A stretch of 63,902 nt of DNA, filler included, from Octopus bimaculoides (taxonomy: Eukaryota), in the NCBI RefSeq assembly GCF_001194135.2. It is 8 parts of 7 records of this genome, joined end to end, with 100 filler letters (N's around TTAATTAATTAA, not from the genome) between each part and the next. Parts side by side here need not be neighbours in the genome. Positions count along the whole stretch, not along the records: positions 35,389 to 39,442 come from NC_068981.1; positions 39,543 to 41,438 come from NW_026376063.1; positions 41,539 to 59,391 come from NC_068999.1; 5 more parts are not named here. One strand, 5' to 3'. How positions within the stretch are numbered: position 1 is the first letter of the stretch; the number at the start of each line of letters is the position of its first letter. The position numbers and the translations under genes were made by a program. Below are positions 38,020-50,751 of this stretch, in pieces. The notes below the pieces were generated by a model. That model ran no database searches. It saw only the letters and a list, made by a program, of their open reading frames with translations, and was not told the origin of the DNA.

Positions 38020-39231
38020 TGACTCCATCTCTCTTGTCTCCTTTGTTAGTCGTTAGATAAATGCTTGCACGTGGCTAAGGTTTGTTTTGACTTTTATTTC
38101 TAGCAATGCTGGTGCTGACTAGCACCCTTAGTCACTTTAGTAACGACTACACACACACACACACACACACACACNNNNNNNNNNATGCAAGCATTACATC
38201 AATTTAAAATACAGCGCCATCTTCAGTTGCAAAAATATGGATTTTCAACAGACAGGATATCCTAATATAAAATATTTTCACAAATATTTTATCAGAACTA
38301 GAGAATGAAAGAATTCCATGCTGCCACTATTGTAGCAGAAATAAACTAAGAGAAACAAAACTACAACTTTGGACTGGCAGAAATGGATCACAGTTGGGGG
38401 TCATGGGATTGTAATTCATTTCTAATTTTTATCTATCTCCTCATCACCGTCAAAAGATATAACGCAGCTAGTATATTGCGTTTGTTGAGAATTAATAGCA
38501 CTAGGAGTTGCCACTTCAGAACTAGCTGCTGGACACAAATAAATATTATTAGATGTTCTCTCGAATCTTAATTTCTTACGGCTATAAATTCCCTTTACCA
38601 CATAAAGAAATAAATCTTAGGAGTCAATTAGATAGTGGTAAATGCCCAGAAAAAGAGGTAGGGTAAGGGTAATATAAACTCTTTTCTTATTTTCAGTTAA
38701 AGGAGCCTACGCTAGGAAAGATAGGACGCTACAATGAGATATAGGTAGGCATTAAGAGTACAGAGGGGAAAAAGGTTATAATCAAAGTATCGCAAAATCT
38801 GTGTATTATTATATTTTGTATAATAATAAAAGTAAAATTTTTAAAATTTAGAAAGGGATATAAGAACCAGGTAAGATAAGAAGGACATATAGATCGATTT
38901 AAGCACTAAAAAGAAGATTACTTTTATATAAAAGCTTCATAATACTTCATCCTTGCAGAACTGTTAGGTGGTCACGACAAAACTATTCAAACAATGAGCT
39001 CAACTTGCATTCAGAATTTATCTGGGAAAGAGGTACACATTTTCTATTGATTGAAAACGAGGGATCAAAGGCAGAATAAGAAGATAAATGGTTCAATAAC
39101 AGATAAACTTATTAAAAAATATAAGTATACAAAAAAGTTTAACAATTATGAAATGTCTTTAAGTGTGTACTAATATAAGCAGATATAACAGTATAAAAAT
39201 ATGGCATACGCATATATATATATACAAAAAA

Positions 39232-39268
<37 letters not shown>

Positions 39269-39544
39269 AATATATTATGATTATAAGGTGTAAACATAAA
39301 TAACTTAAAAAATATCAATTTAAATACCATATTGCATCATATCATGCATACCTGCGGAGAGAAGTTGTAGCATACTCTGCGACTCATAGAATGCTAGACC
39401 AATATATGCAAAGGTAAATAAGAATGCAAAATATAAAAATTTNNNNNNNNNNNNNNNNNNNNNNNNNNNNNNNNNNNNNNNNNNNNTTAATTAATTAANN
39501 NNNNNNNNNNNNNNNNNNNNNNNNNNNNNNNNNNNNNNNNNNAT

Positions 39545-41430
39545 AAGGTAAGATTTGGCTTTTCTAATACCAAGAATTTAACACAAATTATCGCCGCCCA
39601 TAACTTGAAATTATTAAGCTCTAATTTTATTGAAGATTCTAGTAATATAAATATAGGTAATAATCTGAATTTTCCAGGTGACACAATTATACATAATCTA
39701 AAAGTCATCAAAAAATAATAGTACCAATATTAATAATAACAACAAAATAGTAATATCTGAACTTAATCCTAATAGAATTAAATTCCTAAGTGTAAATGCT
39801 AAAACTAAAAATGCTGTATACAAGTGTAATGTATTAACCAAAAATGAAATTAGGATTTATATTGGTTCGTCTTCGCTTGAAATCTCGAAAAGAATATTGA
39901 ATCATTATTCAACATTTAGAGATAGAAAGAAACAAAATAGCACGGCGCTTAGTAGTTTAATTTGGCAACTTAAAGACCAAAATAAGGAGTATTCTTTAGA
40001 ATGGTCAATTATAGGAAGGTTGTTTCCTTACAACAAGGGCAAAGATTTTTGTTCCCTCTGTAATTTAGAATTGTATTTCATACTTTTTTCCAAGGGTGAC
40101 CTAGTTAACAAAATCACATATAGAGCTTTCAGATGTCAACATATGAATAAACATACGTTTTTATTTCTTTAATCTATTTTGGAGAGGTTAGTTAACTTCA
40201 TACTAGGATATTATTTTAACTTGGTTTAGCTTTAACTACATACCGGGATATTATATTAAATTTGTTTAGCTTTAATTTCATATAACCTTTCCATATATGT
40301 ACAATAGTAAGTTTGGTTCCTACTTTATTGAAGTTTCTCTTATATTTCTATGTAATTTTTGTATAGATGACATAAAAATTTTGGATGACTGCTTGCTTTA
40401 TCATTTTAATCCCCTCTTTTATTTAATCTTATTACTAAGTTAATGTATATTTAAGATTTCAGTGGTTGCTATTTGAGTGTAACCTAATTTAGTAATTTAG
40501 TAACTTTGTAATTTGTAATTTATAATCTCTTATTTATCTTGATTGCATATCCTTTATTTGTCTCAAAAATATTTTAATTTAAAAATCAATATAACGATAT
40601 GATAGGATTAATAACATTGACTGATTTATTTAGATTCTAAAAATATATATTATTTTGCCAGATTTACCTCTCTTTGACAATGGAAAAAAAAATTTTTTAT
40701 GTTAACTTTAACTTTATTTTTATTATAGTATATTACAGATAAAAAATTTTTTAAGTGAGTTGGTTTTTTTTCTCAAGTATCTAATGAATTATTTGATATA
40801 ATGGTGTCATTTTCATCTACCTACTTTACATCATAATAGTTACTTAATTTTTCATTTATATTTATATGTGAGATAGTAACGATTACATCGTGATAGTTGT
40901 TTGCTTTTTACTTTATCGATTAAATCCGTTCCTTCTTTTGATATTGTTTTTAATATTGTATTGAAACCCATTACTAAGTTAATTTATTATAATTTTTCTT
41001 AAACTTTGATAGCTGCAATCTGAATGTAACCTAATTTATTTTACTTATTATTATTTATAATTTATATTCTCTAATTTATCTTGTTTACATAACCTTAAAA
41101 TAATGTCCTAAACTTAAAATGAAATATAATTATTTGATATGATTATGTACATTTGAGTAGATTATATTTTACATAAATATTATTTACTAGATTTACCTCT
41201 CTTTGACCATTAATTTATAAATATATTTTTTAATATAATATATAGCAGTTTATTTTCTTTCTTCGTTTTATTTACTTTCAAAAGTCCAACGGTTTTTATT
41301 GAAATTTATAGCGTCCCTTACTCGTTCGCTACTTAACATCCTAGGTTAATATCCTAATTTAACAACACCACTTACTTACTTACTTTACTATGTAACGGTT
41401 TTCTTAACTGATATTGTATGCAGTGTCAAT
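39545..41430 (+). mobile_element. Penelope-like element 3' part (GIY-YIG plus long AT-rich 3' region)
   Basis: AVYKCNVLTKNEIRIYIGSSS...NHYSTFR...NSTALSSLIWQLK...CSLCNLELYFILFS...RCQH, stop at 40172; one frameshift near 39715. Confidence 0.85.
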
Positions 41431-41537
41431 ATGTTTCANNNNNNNNNNNNNNNNNNNNNNNNNNNNNNNNNNNNNNNNNNNNTTAATTAATTAANNNNNN
41501 NNNNNNNNNNNNNNNNNNNNNNNNNNNNNNNNNNNNN

Positions 41538-43110
41538 NGTTCAGCTGATAGCTGTACTCTTCCCATCGATGACAACAGTTGTTCTACGAAAACTATCAGT
41601 CTCGTTAATTCCGGACATTCCACGAATGCGTGCAAGACGGTTTCCCTGTCCTGCCCGCACCTTGGACATGTCGGCGATACGGTACTTCCGTGCCTTGACA
41701 GTTTATCACGAACAAGTAATGCCGCACGGAAGCACTGCCAAACCAGGGATTTCTGGTAATTGTCCAGATACCCCAGCCCGAAAGGTCTTCTGAACAGGTT
41801 GGTCAACTGATTTTCATCGTAGCCCAGGGTCTCCCCCAAGGCGTCTTTGGACCTANNNNNNNNNNNNNNNNNNNNNNNNNNNNNNNNNNNNNNNNNNNNN
41901 NNNNNNNNNNNNNNNNNNNNNNNNNNNNNNNNNNNNNNNNNNNNNNNNNNNNNNNNNNNNNNNNNNNNNNNNNNNNNNNNNNNNNNNNNNNNNNNNNNNN
42001 NNNNNNNNNNNNNNNNNNNNNNNNNNNNNNNNNNNNNNNNNNNNNNNNNNNNNNNNNNNNNNNNNNNNNNNNNNNNNNNNNNNNNNNNNNNNNNNNNNNN
42101 NNNNNNNNNNNNNNNNNNNNNNNNNNNNNNNNNNNNNNNNNNNNNNNNNNNNNNNNNNNNNNNNNNNNNNNNNNNNNNNNNNNNNNNNNNNNNNNNNNNN
42201 NNNNNNNNNNNNNNNNNNNNNNNNNNNNNNNNNNNNNNNNNNNNNNNNNNNNNNNNNNNNNNNNNNCCTCCCTTCCACAAAAAGCGGAAAAGGATTCTTT
42301 CCAACTTGTTCAGCCACAAATCGGGCCAAGGCACCACGGTCAGACGGTAGGTGATAATCGATGCTATAAACATTTGCACCTTGCTCGGGTCCTTCCTGAT
42401 CAACGTCACCACCCCTCGGCTCACAGACTTGGGAATTCTCCCGTTCTGTTGCCAATTGGCGTAGACGCTGGCCAGCAGGTGCCCAAACAAGTCTGGCATA
42501 CTTTTGTAGAATTCGTAAGGCAGACCATCGAGACCCGGCAACTTCTCCCAGGGGCATTCGCCCAGTACCTCGATCACCTCCTCAGTTGTGATTGGCCCCT
42601 CAGAGCACTCAGCTTCTCGTGCAAAGAGATGCGGGCCGCCAGACAGGAAGTCCCTAAAGGCCTCGCCATGATCCAGCGCCCCGCTACTCGTGAACAACTT
42701 GGCAAAGTGCTTGTGAAGCGCCTCGCACATCTTGTCCCATCCATCGACCAAACGCCCATAATCATTGACAAGAGACCTAATTGTGACATCATTGCCACAC
42801 TGGGTTTCTACCGTACGGGCCCATCTGGCAACGTTAATTCCTTCGCGGCCCAATGCGCGTACTTTAGGCTGAACTCTGCACCCCTCGTGTTTGGCTTTGA
42901 GGTAATGGTCCAAAGCCGTTCTCGCTGCCAAAATGTGAGATGCCAAGCCCAACCTCAACGCCTCCTGTAGGTCCTTAACTAGTTGCCCTTCTATTCTGGC
43001 CTTATCTAGTCTTAGCTGATGGCTAAACCTTAATAGACTCAAAATGAATGGCTCTCTTGAGGGCGAACCACCATCGGTTGTTAACCACAGCGCCGATTAA
43101 CGCCCTCTGT
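41538..43110 (-). mobile_element. Tx1/L1-clade LINE ORF2, RT core deleted
   Basis: KLPGLDGLPYEFY and RGVVTLIRKDP pre-RT motifs, LFRFLWKG, C-terminal CPRCGQDRETVLHAFVECP (CCHC). Confidence 0.85.
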
Positions 43111-43187
43111 ACTAACCCCTTAATCCGGTAAGCAAGCTACTTACCACACAGCCACTCCTACGCTAAATATATTTTACAAATACATTT

Positions 43188-43430
43188 TGAGAAGACAGAT
43201 GAGAGTAAGAGAAGAAAATATACTGAGCTGGTTGAGTTATGTTAAAACAATGGGTAGCAAGGTTTGACCCCATGAAGGTAAGATGTAGAGAGTTCACAGG
43301 CCAGTCCCTTTATAGAGTTTACAATATGTCAGGCATTGCTGGAACTAGTAGGCAAGATGCTGTCAAGTTGGCATGGAGACAGCAGAAGTTTTCTGAACCC
43401 TATTGCACCATGTTCTTGGTATAGTGGGAA
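43188..43430 (+). mobile_element. 3' fragment of a restriction-like-endonuclease LINE (Hero-like), decayed
   Basis: ESKRRKYTELVELC then W.AR..P.KVRCREFTGQSLYRV...GIAGTSRQDAVK, matching ERK..KY.EL...C / EVGCRGF.GQSL of RLE C-termini. Confidence 0.65.
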
Positions 43431-44599
43431 AAGCATAACTATAATCTCTACCAGATTCCTGTTAAATTAGTAATGAGCAACACACAGAAAAAGAAGATAG
43501 AATACTAAAAATAGATAATCAATCATGTTGCAACCATATAGTCAAATTTACTTAGATTCATTGTTTATTGCATCCCCAACAGCTGTTGTTTATTTTTGTT
43601 TTTAATTGGAAAGAAAAAAAAAGATTTTTCTTGTGATGAAATGAATGTGTGATGAACCCAGCACTTTGTCTGGTAAATGAAACTCTTTACAGTTGAGGAA
43701 ATTATTGATGATATTTATTCTTTGTGTGAAGGGTTTGCCCTTATGTAGACTATGAAAGTCAGCTAGACAATCAAACTGGAGAAAGAGATGAGGAAAGTAG
43801 TGATTCTGGTGAACATAAACAGTAGTTGAGAGATAAGTCTATTACTGTTATTCTCCTGAATTTTTCTGTGGACAAACACAGTAGTTGAGAAATAGGCTTA
43901 CTATTATTATTATTATTCACCCTTTTTTTTTTGTGGTTTTGTCCATTAGTTTGCTTGCAATCACTACTCTTGAACTGTATAATTATTTCTTTGCTCAGGA
44001 CCCCAGGTGGAGGGTACAGTTAGTCATAGGAGCCCAGGTCTGAGAGGGTTAAAACTACTATGAATTAGGAAGTGTGAACCTTGGCAGGGGTGGTGCTCAG
44101 TTAACCTTGGTTGGGTCACATGGCTGAGTGACTGATTGTTGAAAAACCCAAAACACCTAATGACCCCAAGAAAGGTTAATGATGATACATTCAGGTGCAT
44201 TACAAAATGGTGTATGGAAAAACTATATACATACATTTTTACATTTTGTATATATGTATTTTAATATTATGCAAGACTAATAACCGAGTGGAGAACTCAA
44301 TATACATATGTTTCAGAACAAAAGGTTGGATGAGGATAGAGCAGTAATAAGGAAAAGGGATGACACATACGTATATAAATGGTTATATGTTGATAGATGC
44401 GTATCTTTATGTGGATCAGTTTATGTTGAAATGGCGGAGGGTAAGGACCCTGATGAAACTGCACTGACCATGATGCTAGGTTGCATATCCAACAGTGTGC
44501 AGTCACTGCAGTTAAAAACACATGTAAGTCACGTAAAAATGATGTAAATAACTTAAAATTATGGATGTGAAAAATCTCCATTCTCCTTATCATTATTAA

Positions 44600-44672
<73 letters not shown>

Positions 44673-44720
44673 CATACATACATACATACATACATACCTA
44701 TATATTTTTATATATATATA

Positions 44721-46411
44721 TCAGGTCATTAAGAATGAAATGTCTGATTTTGAACTGAAAGTTTATTTTACTTTATCTTAGCAAAAAGCAATGCAGTTAA
44801 TCAAAGTATACACTTAAATCATCAACACAATTTTGCTATTTTATCGGTAGCTTATTTATGCCAGCAGTGAAGAAATATGGAAAGCAAGAGGTGATGAAAT
44901 CACGAAAGGCTGTTTTTGCATCTTCTGCAAATTTGAAGTTTTTTTTCCGTGCAAAAAGATGTCTAATGCCTGGGAAACATGACAGTCAGTCGGTGCAAGG
45001 TCTAGTGAATATGATGGATGACAGAGTACTTCGAAGTTCAGTTCCTGTAACTTGAGAAGTGTTCTTTGTGCAACATGTCTCTATTAACCAATTGGCCTGT
45101 CTCTATTAACCAATTTCAGTTGCTTAATTGCAACTTCATTCAACATTTCATCCAATTGGTTGATGTAATCATCTGCTGTAATTGACTTACCAGGTCTCAT
45201 GAAGCTGTAGTGGATGACACCAATGCTGGACCACCAAACAAACACCATTAACTTTTATTGATGAATATTCTTTTTTGGATTGTGTTTTAGCACTTCGTCT
45301 CTATCCAGCTACCATGCAGAATGCTTGCTATATTGTTGAAAAGAATCCATTTACCATCACATATAACAATACAATGCAAAAATGGTTCGCTTTTATGCCT
45401 TGACAGCGAAGAACAGCAAGTTTCAAGACAACGTATCATTTGATGCTTGTTCAGTTTGTGTGGTACTCACTTGTCCAGCTTCTTTACCTTGCCGATGTGT
45501 TTGAGATCGTCCAATACAGTTGGAATCGAAACATCAAACCTTGCTGCTAACTCACATGTATCTGCTTCCACTACAGTTTCCAGCTCATCATTATCCACCT
45601 TGGTCTCAGGTGTACCATGGGGCTGATTTTCAAGAGTAAAGTCACCAGACAGGAACTTCTCAAACCATCAATGTACAGTCCACTCATTCACTACATCTTC
45701 ACCAAGCACCTCATTGATGTTTTGAGCTGTCTGGGATGCATTGGTTTCACTTGGCTATTCATCATCATCATCATCATTTAATGTCTGTTTCCCATGCTGG
45801 CGTGGGTTGGATGGTTTGACTAGGACTGGTAAGCTGAGGGGCTGCACAAGACTCCAGTCTGATTTGGCATGGTTCCTACAGCTGTATGCCCTTAATGCCA
45901 ACCACTTTACAGAGTATACTGGTTGCTTTTATATGGTGCCAGCATGGAAAACGAACGTTAAACGATGATGATGTGTGTGTGTTCACATGTATATGTATAT
46001 ATGTGTGTGTGTGTATGAATGTATGTATAGATGTGTGCGTGGGATGTAGGTATATACATATGAATAGGTCTGAGCATGTGTAGGTTGGTCTCTGTCTCCT
46101 ATTTTCTTTTTGTCTGTGTGTGTGTATGTATGTTCATGGATATGTATTTTATACGTATGTGTGTATATATATGTAGATGTATATGAGGGAGTGCTGAAAA
46201 GTTCCCGACAGAACTCATATTCATAAACAATACAAATTTTTTATCTATCCCTGGGTTCACAAAAACTGATTTACAAAAGAAAACTCACAATATAATCAGA
46301 CATCTTCAATTGCATTTCAAAAAGTGATGATGTAACTCTTTAAAGTTGTAAAACAAAGAACTGTCAAACTTGATGCATAAGAAATCAGACATTTCATTCA
46401 TAACTACCTGA
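44721..46411 (-). mobile_element. Full-span mariner element with both TIRs and TA flanks, disabled
   Basis: TIRs TCAGGTCATTAAGAATGAAATGTCTGATT / reverse complement at 46381-46411; YEYEFCRETNASQTAQNINEV, WFEKF.SGD, *VPHKL, VICDGKW, YSLDLAPTD; 456-bp insertion at 45751-46206. Confidence 0.92.
45758..45938 (-). mobile_element. RTE-type 3' tail copy within the mariner insertion
   Basis: Inverted near-copy of 47370-47550. Confidence 0.85.
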
Positions 46412-46885
46412 TATATGTATGTGTATATCTATGCACATGTATGTTTTTGTGGACACATGCATATGCATGTGTATATATGTATATAGATCAATATATATGT
46501 GTACTCAGTTTCTTCTGTTTCCTCTATGTTATGCATGTCATTACACTATCTTCCACTTCTTAAATCTTTTTATCAGCACAAAAAGACACACACAGATGCA
46601 TACACACATATACACACATTGTCCAACTTCTCCAAAACCTTTTCTTATTTCTTATAAAATCCTAATAAGCTTATACACTCTTGTTCTCCTTCCTTACCTT
46701 TCACTAGTCTGTATATCAATGCATAGAGGTATATGCCTGTCTCTGTAAGTGTCTCTCTCTGCATATTTCCATCTGCATATGTATGTGTATATGTGTGTGT
46801 GGGGGGGGGGGGTGTAAGCATTTGTAGTTAAGAAAACACAAAATACCCTGCTTCTACTTGCCATAAATTTTCTACAATTAATTTA

Positions 46886-47350
46886 GGTGTAGGTATGGCT
46901 GTGTGGTTAATAAGTTTGCTTCCCAGCCATGTGGTTTCAAGTTCAATCTCACTGTGTGGCACCTCGGTCAAGTGTCTTCTACTGTAGCTCCAGGCCAACC
47001 TAAGCCTTGTAAGTGGATTTGATAGATAGAAACTGAAAGAAGTCCGTTGTGTGTGTGTATGTGTGTGCGTGTGCGTGAGTGTAAATGCGTGTTTATATTT
47101 GTCTGTGTTTGTCTCTCCTTATCTTGATGCCATGTGATAGTTGTAAATGAGTGTTACTGTCATACAAACAGTGTCCTACATTTCCACTGAAATGTGGAAA
47201 CATGCTTGATCGTGGGAAAGTAGTACTTTGCTTGGAAACAGGTAGGGGTTGGTGACAGGAAGGCCATTAGGGCGTCTGGCCACCAAACAATTCTGTATCA
47301 ATAAATTCCAACTGAGTTATGCAAGCATGGAAAAGTGGGCATTAAAACAA
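46886..47350 (+). mobile_element. SINE with family B head and RTE-type tail (family E)
   Basis: B head/core to 47045, different body, then GTTGGTGACAGGAAGG...GCAAGCATGGAAAAGTGG.CATTAAA. Confidence 0.75.
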
Positions 47351-47369
47351 TGAGAAAGGTTAAGTAAAT

Positions 47370-48235
47370 TGTGCCAGCACCATATAAAAGCACTCAGTAT
47401 ACTCTGTAAAGTGGCTGGCATTAAGGGCATACAGCTGTAGAAACCATGCCAAATTAGACTGGAGTCTGGTGCAGCACCTCAGCTTACCAGTCCTGGTCAA
47501 ACTGTCCAACCCATGCCAGCATGGAAAACGAACATTAAATGATGATGATAATGATGAATTGTAGTTGTGGCAGATACTGGTGTCACGCAACAGGCAGCTA
47601 TGCCACTGGCACATAGAAGCACCCATTAAACTCTTGTTGTGGTTGTGGCATGTAAAAAGAACCTTTCAAGCATTGGGCCTCATGGAGGCAAGGTGGCCAA
47701 TGCTGGGGACATATGAAAAGCTCCTTTCAAGTGTTGGGTCTCACAGAGGCAATGACAAATAACTGAAACATCTGGCATTATGTTGTGCTTGAGAAGAAGA
47801 TCCATCAAGCCAGTTGTAGAAGGTACTGGTGTCACGCAAATGGCACACATGCTGGTACCACATAGTAGCACCCATTACACTCTTGGAGTGGTTGGCGTTA
47901 GGAAGGGCATCCAGCTGTGGAAACCATGCCAAATCAGATTGGAATCTAGCGCAGCCTTCCAGCTTGCCAGCCCTGGTCAAACAGTCCAACCCATGCCAGC
48001 ATGGACATCAGACACCAAACGATGATGTGATCGATGCCACGCCTGCCTGAGTGGTTCCTGTGCCGGTAGCACGTAAAAAGCACCCACTGCACTCTCAGAG
48101 TGGTTGGTATTAGGAAGGGCATCCAGTTGTAGAAACACAGATTGGAGCCTGGTGCAGCCGCTGGCTCTCCTGACCTCAGTCAAACCGTCCAACCCATGCC
48201 AGCATGGAAAACGAACATTAAACGATGATGATGTG
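47370..48235 (+). mobile_element. Cluster of three RTE 3'-end fragments
   Basis: Repeated GTGGTTGG..TTAGGAAGGGCATCCAG...CCAACCCATGCCAGCATGG...(ATG)n; 47720-47800 resembles the decayed ORF end LGLTEA.T...LW.YAV.EK. Confidence 0.85.
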
Positions 48236-48251
48236 TGCGTGCGTGCACATG

Positions 48252-48284
<33 letters not shown>

Positions 48285-48453
48285 TTGTGTGTGTGTGTAT
48301 GAATGTATGTGTACATGTGTGTGGGGTGTAGGTATATACATATGAATAGGTCTGAGCATGTTTAAGTCAGTCTCTGTCTCCTATTTTCTTTTTGTCTGTG
48401 TGTATGTATATCTATGTATTTCATACGTATGCATGTATATATATGTAGATGTA

Positions 48454-48677
48454 TATGAGAGGGTGCTGAAAAGTTCCTGATTTTGGGTAAAAGAAAATAC
48501 ATGAGGATCAGTTAATTATGATTTTATTCAACATATTCTCCTCTCAGATTCACACACCTATAGCAGTGGTTTTTCAGTTTTTCTAAGCCTTCCTGTAAAA
48601 GAACTAAGAATGTTGGGCCTCCAACCAGGCCTTTCACGATGCTCTTAAAGCCAGGAACTTTTCAGCACCACCTTATA
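48454..48677. mobile_element. Tc1/mariner-type MITE
   Basis: TIRs TATGAGAGGGTGCTGAAAAGTTCCTG / CAGGAACTTTTCAGCACCACCTTATA. Confidence 0.85.
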
Positions 48678-49074
48678 TATACACATGTCTGAGTGCATGT
48701 AAGTGTCTCTGTGTGTTGTGTGTGTGGGTGCATTTTTTGAGTGTGCGTGTGAGTGCATGTGTGTAAATATATATACATAAATTTTCCGACTATAAATCTA
48801 ATTGCCTTTTGAACATACACCTCTTTATATACATTAGTAATGATTTTCTCACTGGTAAGGCCTTGCCTGTATATTGTACAAATGTAATTCATTTTTTTCC
48901 CAAATAATTTGCACTCATATTTCAGACTCTGATGAAGCTACAGGATGTTATTCAGGCACTCAACTGAGTCCACTACATCTTATAGTAGAAATAGCTGTAA
49001 GCGAATGAAGTTCATAACACAGCCATTGTTTTTCCTGTGTCGTCTCTTTTTCTTATATATATTTATGTCTCATG

Positions 49075-49285
49075 GGTACTGGAGCCACATAAAAGCACCC
49101 GTGCCAGTGCTGTGCAAAAGCACCCAGTACACTCTGTAAAGTGGTTGGCATTAGGAAGGGCATCTAGCCATAGAAACTATGCCAAAAGAGACATGCTATC
49201 CTAGCAGCTCTTCAGTTGGCCAGCTCCTGTCAAACTGTCCAACCCATGCCAGAATGGAAAGCAGACATGGGTTAATGATGATTTT
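49075..49285 (+). mobile_element. RTE 3'-end fragment
   Basis: Same tail block ending AATGATGA. Confidence 0.8.
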
Positions 49286-49329
49286 ATTTTTATATATGAT
49301 TTTATATATATATATATATATATGGGCTA

Positions 49330-49595
49330 TACAGACATGGCTGTGTGTTTAAGAAGCTAGCTTCGAAGCCACATAATTTTATGTTCAGTCCCACTGCATG
49401 GAACCTTGAGTAAGTATCTTCTGTAGCCCCAAGATAAACAATGCCTTTTAATTAAGTTTGGTAGACAGAAAACTGCGCGAAAGCCAACCTGTGAAAAAAA
49501 TAAATATTGGGGTTAATTTGTTTGGCTAAATCCTTTAAGGAGTTGTTCTAAGATGATCATAATCCAATGAATGAGACAAGAAAAAAAAAAAAATT
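49330..49595 (+). mobile_element. Old SINE family B copy, internally deleted
   Basis: ATGGCTGTGTG head, GTTCAGTCCCACTGC, GGTAGACAGAAAACTG. Confidence 0.7.
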
Positions 49596-49721
49596 TTTCA
49601 ATGTATTACACACATTATAAATACTAACAAATGTACCCATCTACAATAGAGGCACAAAATGAGAGAAGGAAGTTATAACAACAGTATGTATTGAAAAATG
49701 TGTAAATGGATTTTAATATGA

Positions 49722-50480
49722 TTACAAAACTACTTTGTAAACAATATTTTGTGTGTGATTGACACTAATTTTCAAATTACTGGAGTCCGTTGCTCTACTC
49801 GTAGCGACATATAACTGGTCGTGTGTAAACATCGGAGTGGGTAAAAATACACCTACATGATCTAAAGTCTGGACCTGTGCCTTGTTTGCTATGAGTGAGA
49901 ATACCAGTTTTATAGGAAATTGCACTTGTCTTATTTTCGGCGAGCTAGAGTGTTCATCATCTGTTCCGAAGCTCTCATTTGATGATTTTTGCATTACTTG
50001 GTGAACTAAAGTGTCCCAGCTCTGTTCCAAAGCTCTCACTTGAGGATTTCTCTGCATTATTTGGCAAGCTAGCATATCCCTGCTGTTCCGATGCTCTCAC
50101 TTCTGTATCACGGCGAATTCTGAGTTTCCATATCCTTATTCTGTTGGACTTGTCTGTATTCACTGTTAGATTCTCTCTTATGTTTTGTAGCAGCAGCTTT
50201 CCTGGTAGTCCTATCAATTCCTGATTTCTGTTTCCAGGCCACAATCGTGTGGAACAACGGAAAATTTAATAAAGCATTACACAGCTTTAAGCATACACAA
50301 TCATTATTGACAAAGTTCATAATAGTCATACACTGATTAAAGATGAGCCAAAGCCATCACAATCATTCTTTAACGGAACTATCCCAAACTAAAACTGCCT
50401 TATATGGCATAATTCAGTGGAAAAGGAAGTTGATTTACTTTCGTTTGCTTCTTTTATTAGGAGTTATCTCCCTTTAATTT
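49722..50480 (-). mobile_element. Internally deleted Helitron (PIF1-like helicase C-terminus)
   Basis: RQVQFPIKLVFSLIANKAQVQTLDHVGVFL.TPMFTHDQLYVATSR...TQNIVYKVVL fits RRQFP..L.FA.TINK.QGQT...G..L..PVF.HGQLYVA.SR...T.NIVY..VL. Confidence 0.8.
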
Positions 50481-50751
50481 TTATTTACCTTTTTGAACGC
50501 CCGTTAACTGAAGAATTACCTTCAATAGCCACTAAATAATCGTACTTTATCAAAATTTTTTCACTAAACCTCTGCCTGATTACCTCCTTAGTAATCCTGA
50601 AAAACATTGTGACCATTGGTCCAGCTGTTTCACTGCGAAGAGGGTACAAACNNNNNNNNNNNNNNNNNNNNNNNNNNNNNNNNNNNNNNNNNNNNNNNNN
50701 NNNNNNNNNNNNNNNNNNNNNNNNNNNNNNNNNNNNNNNNNNNNNNNNNNN

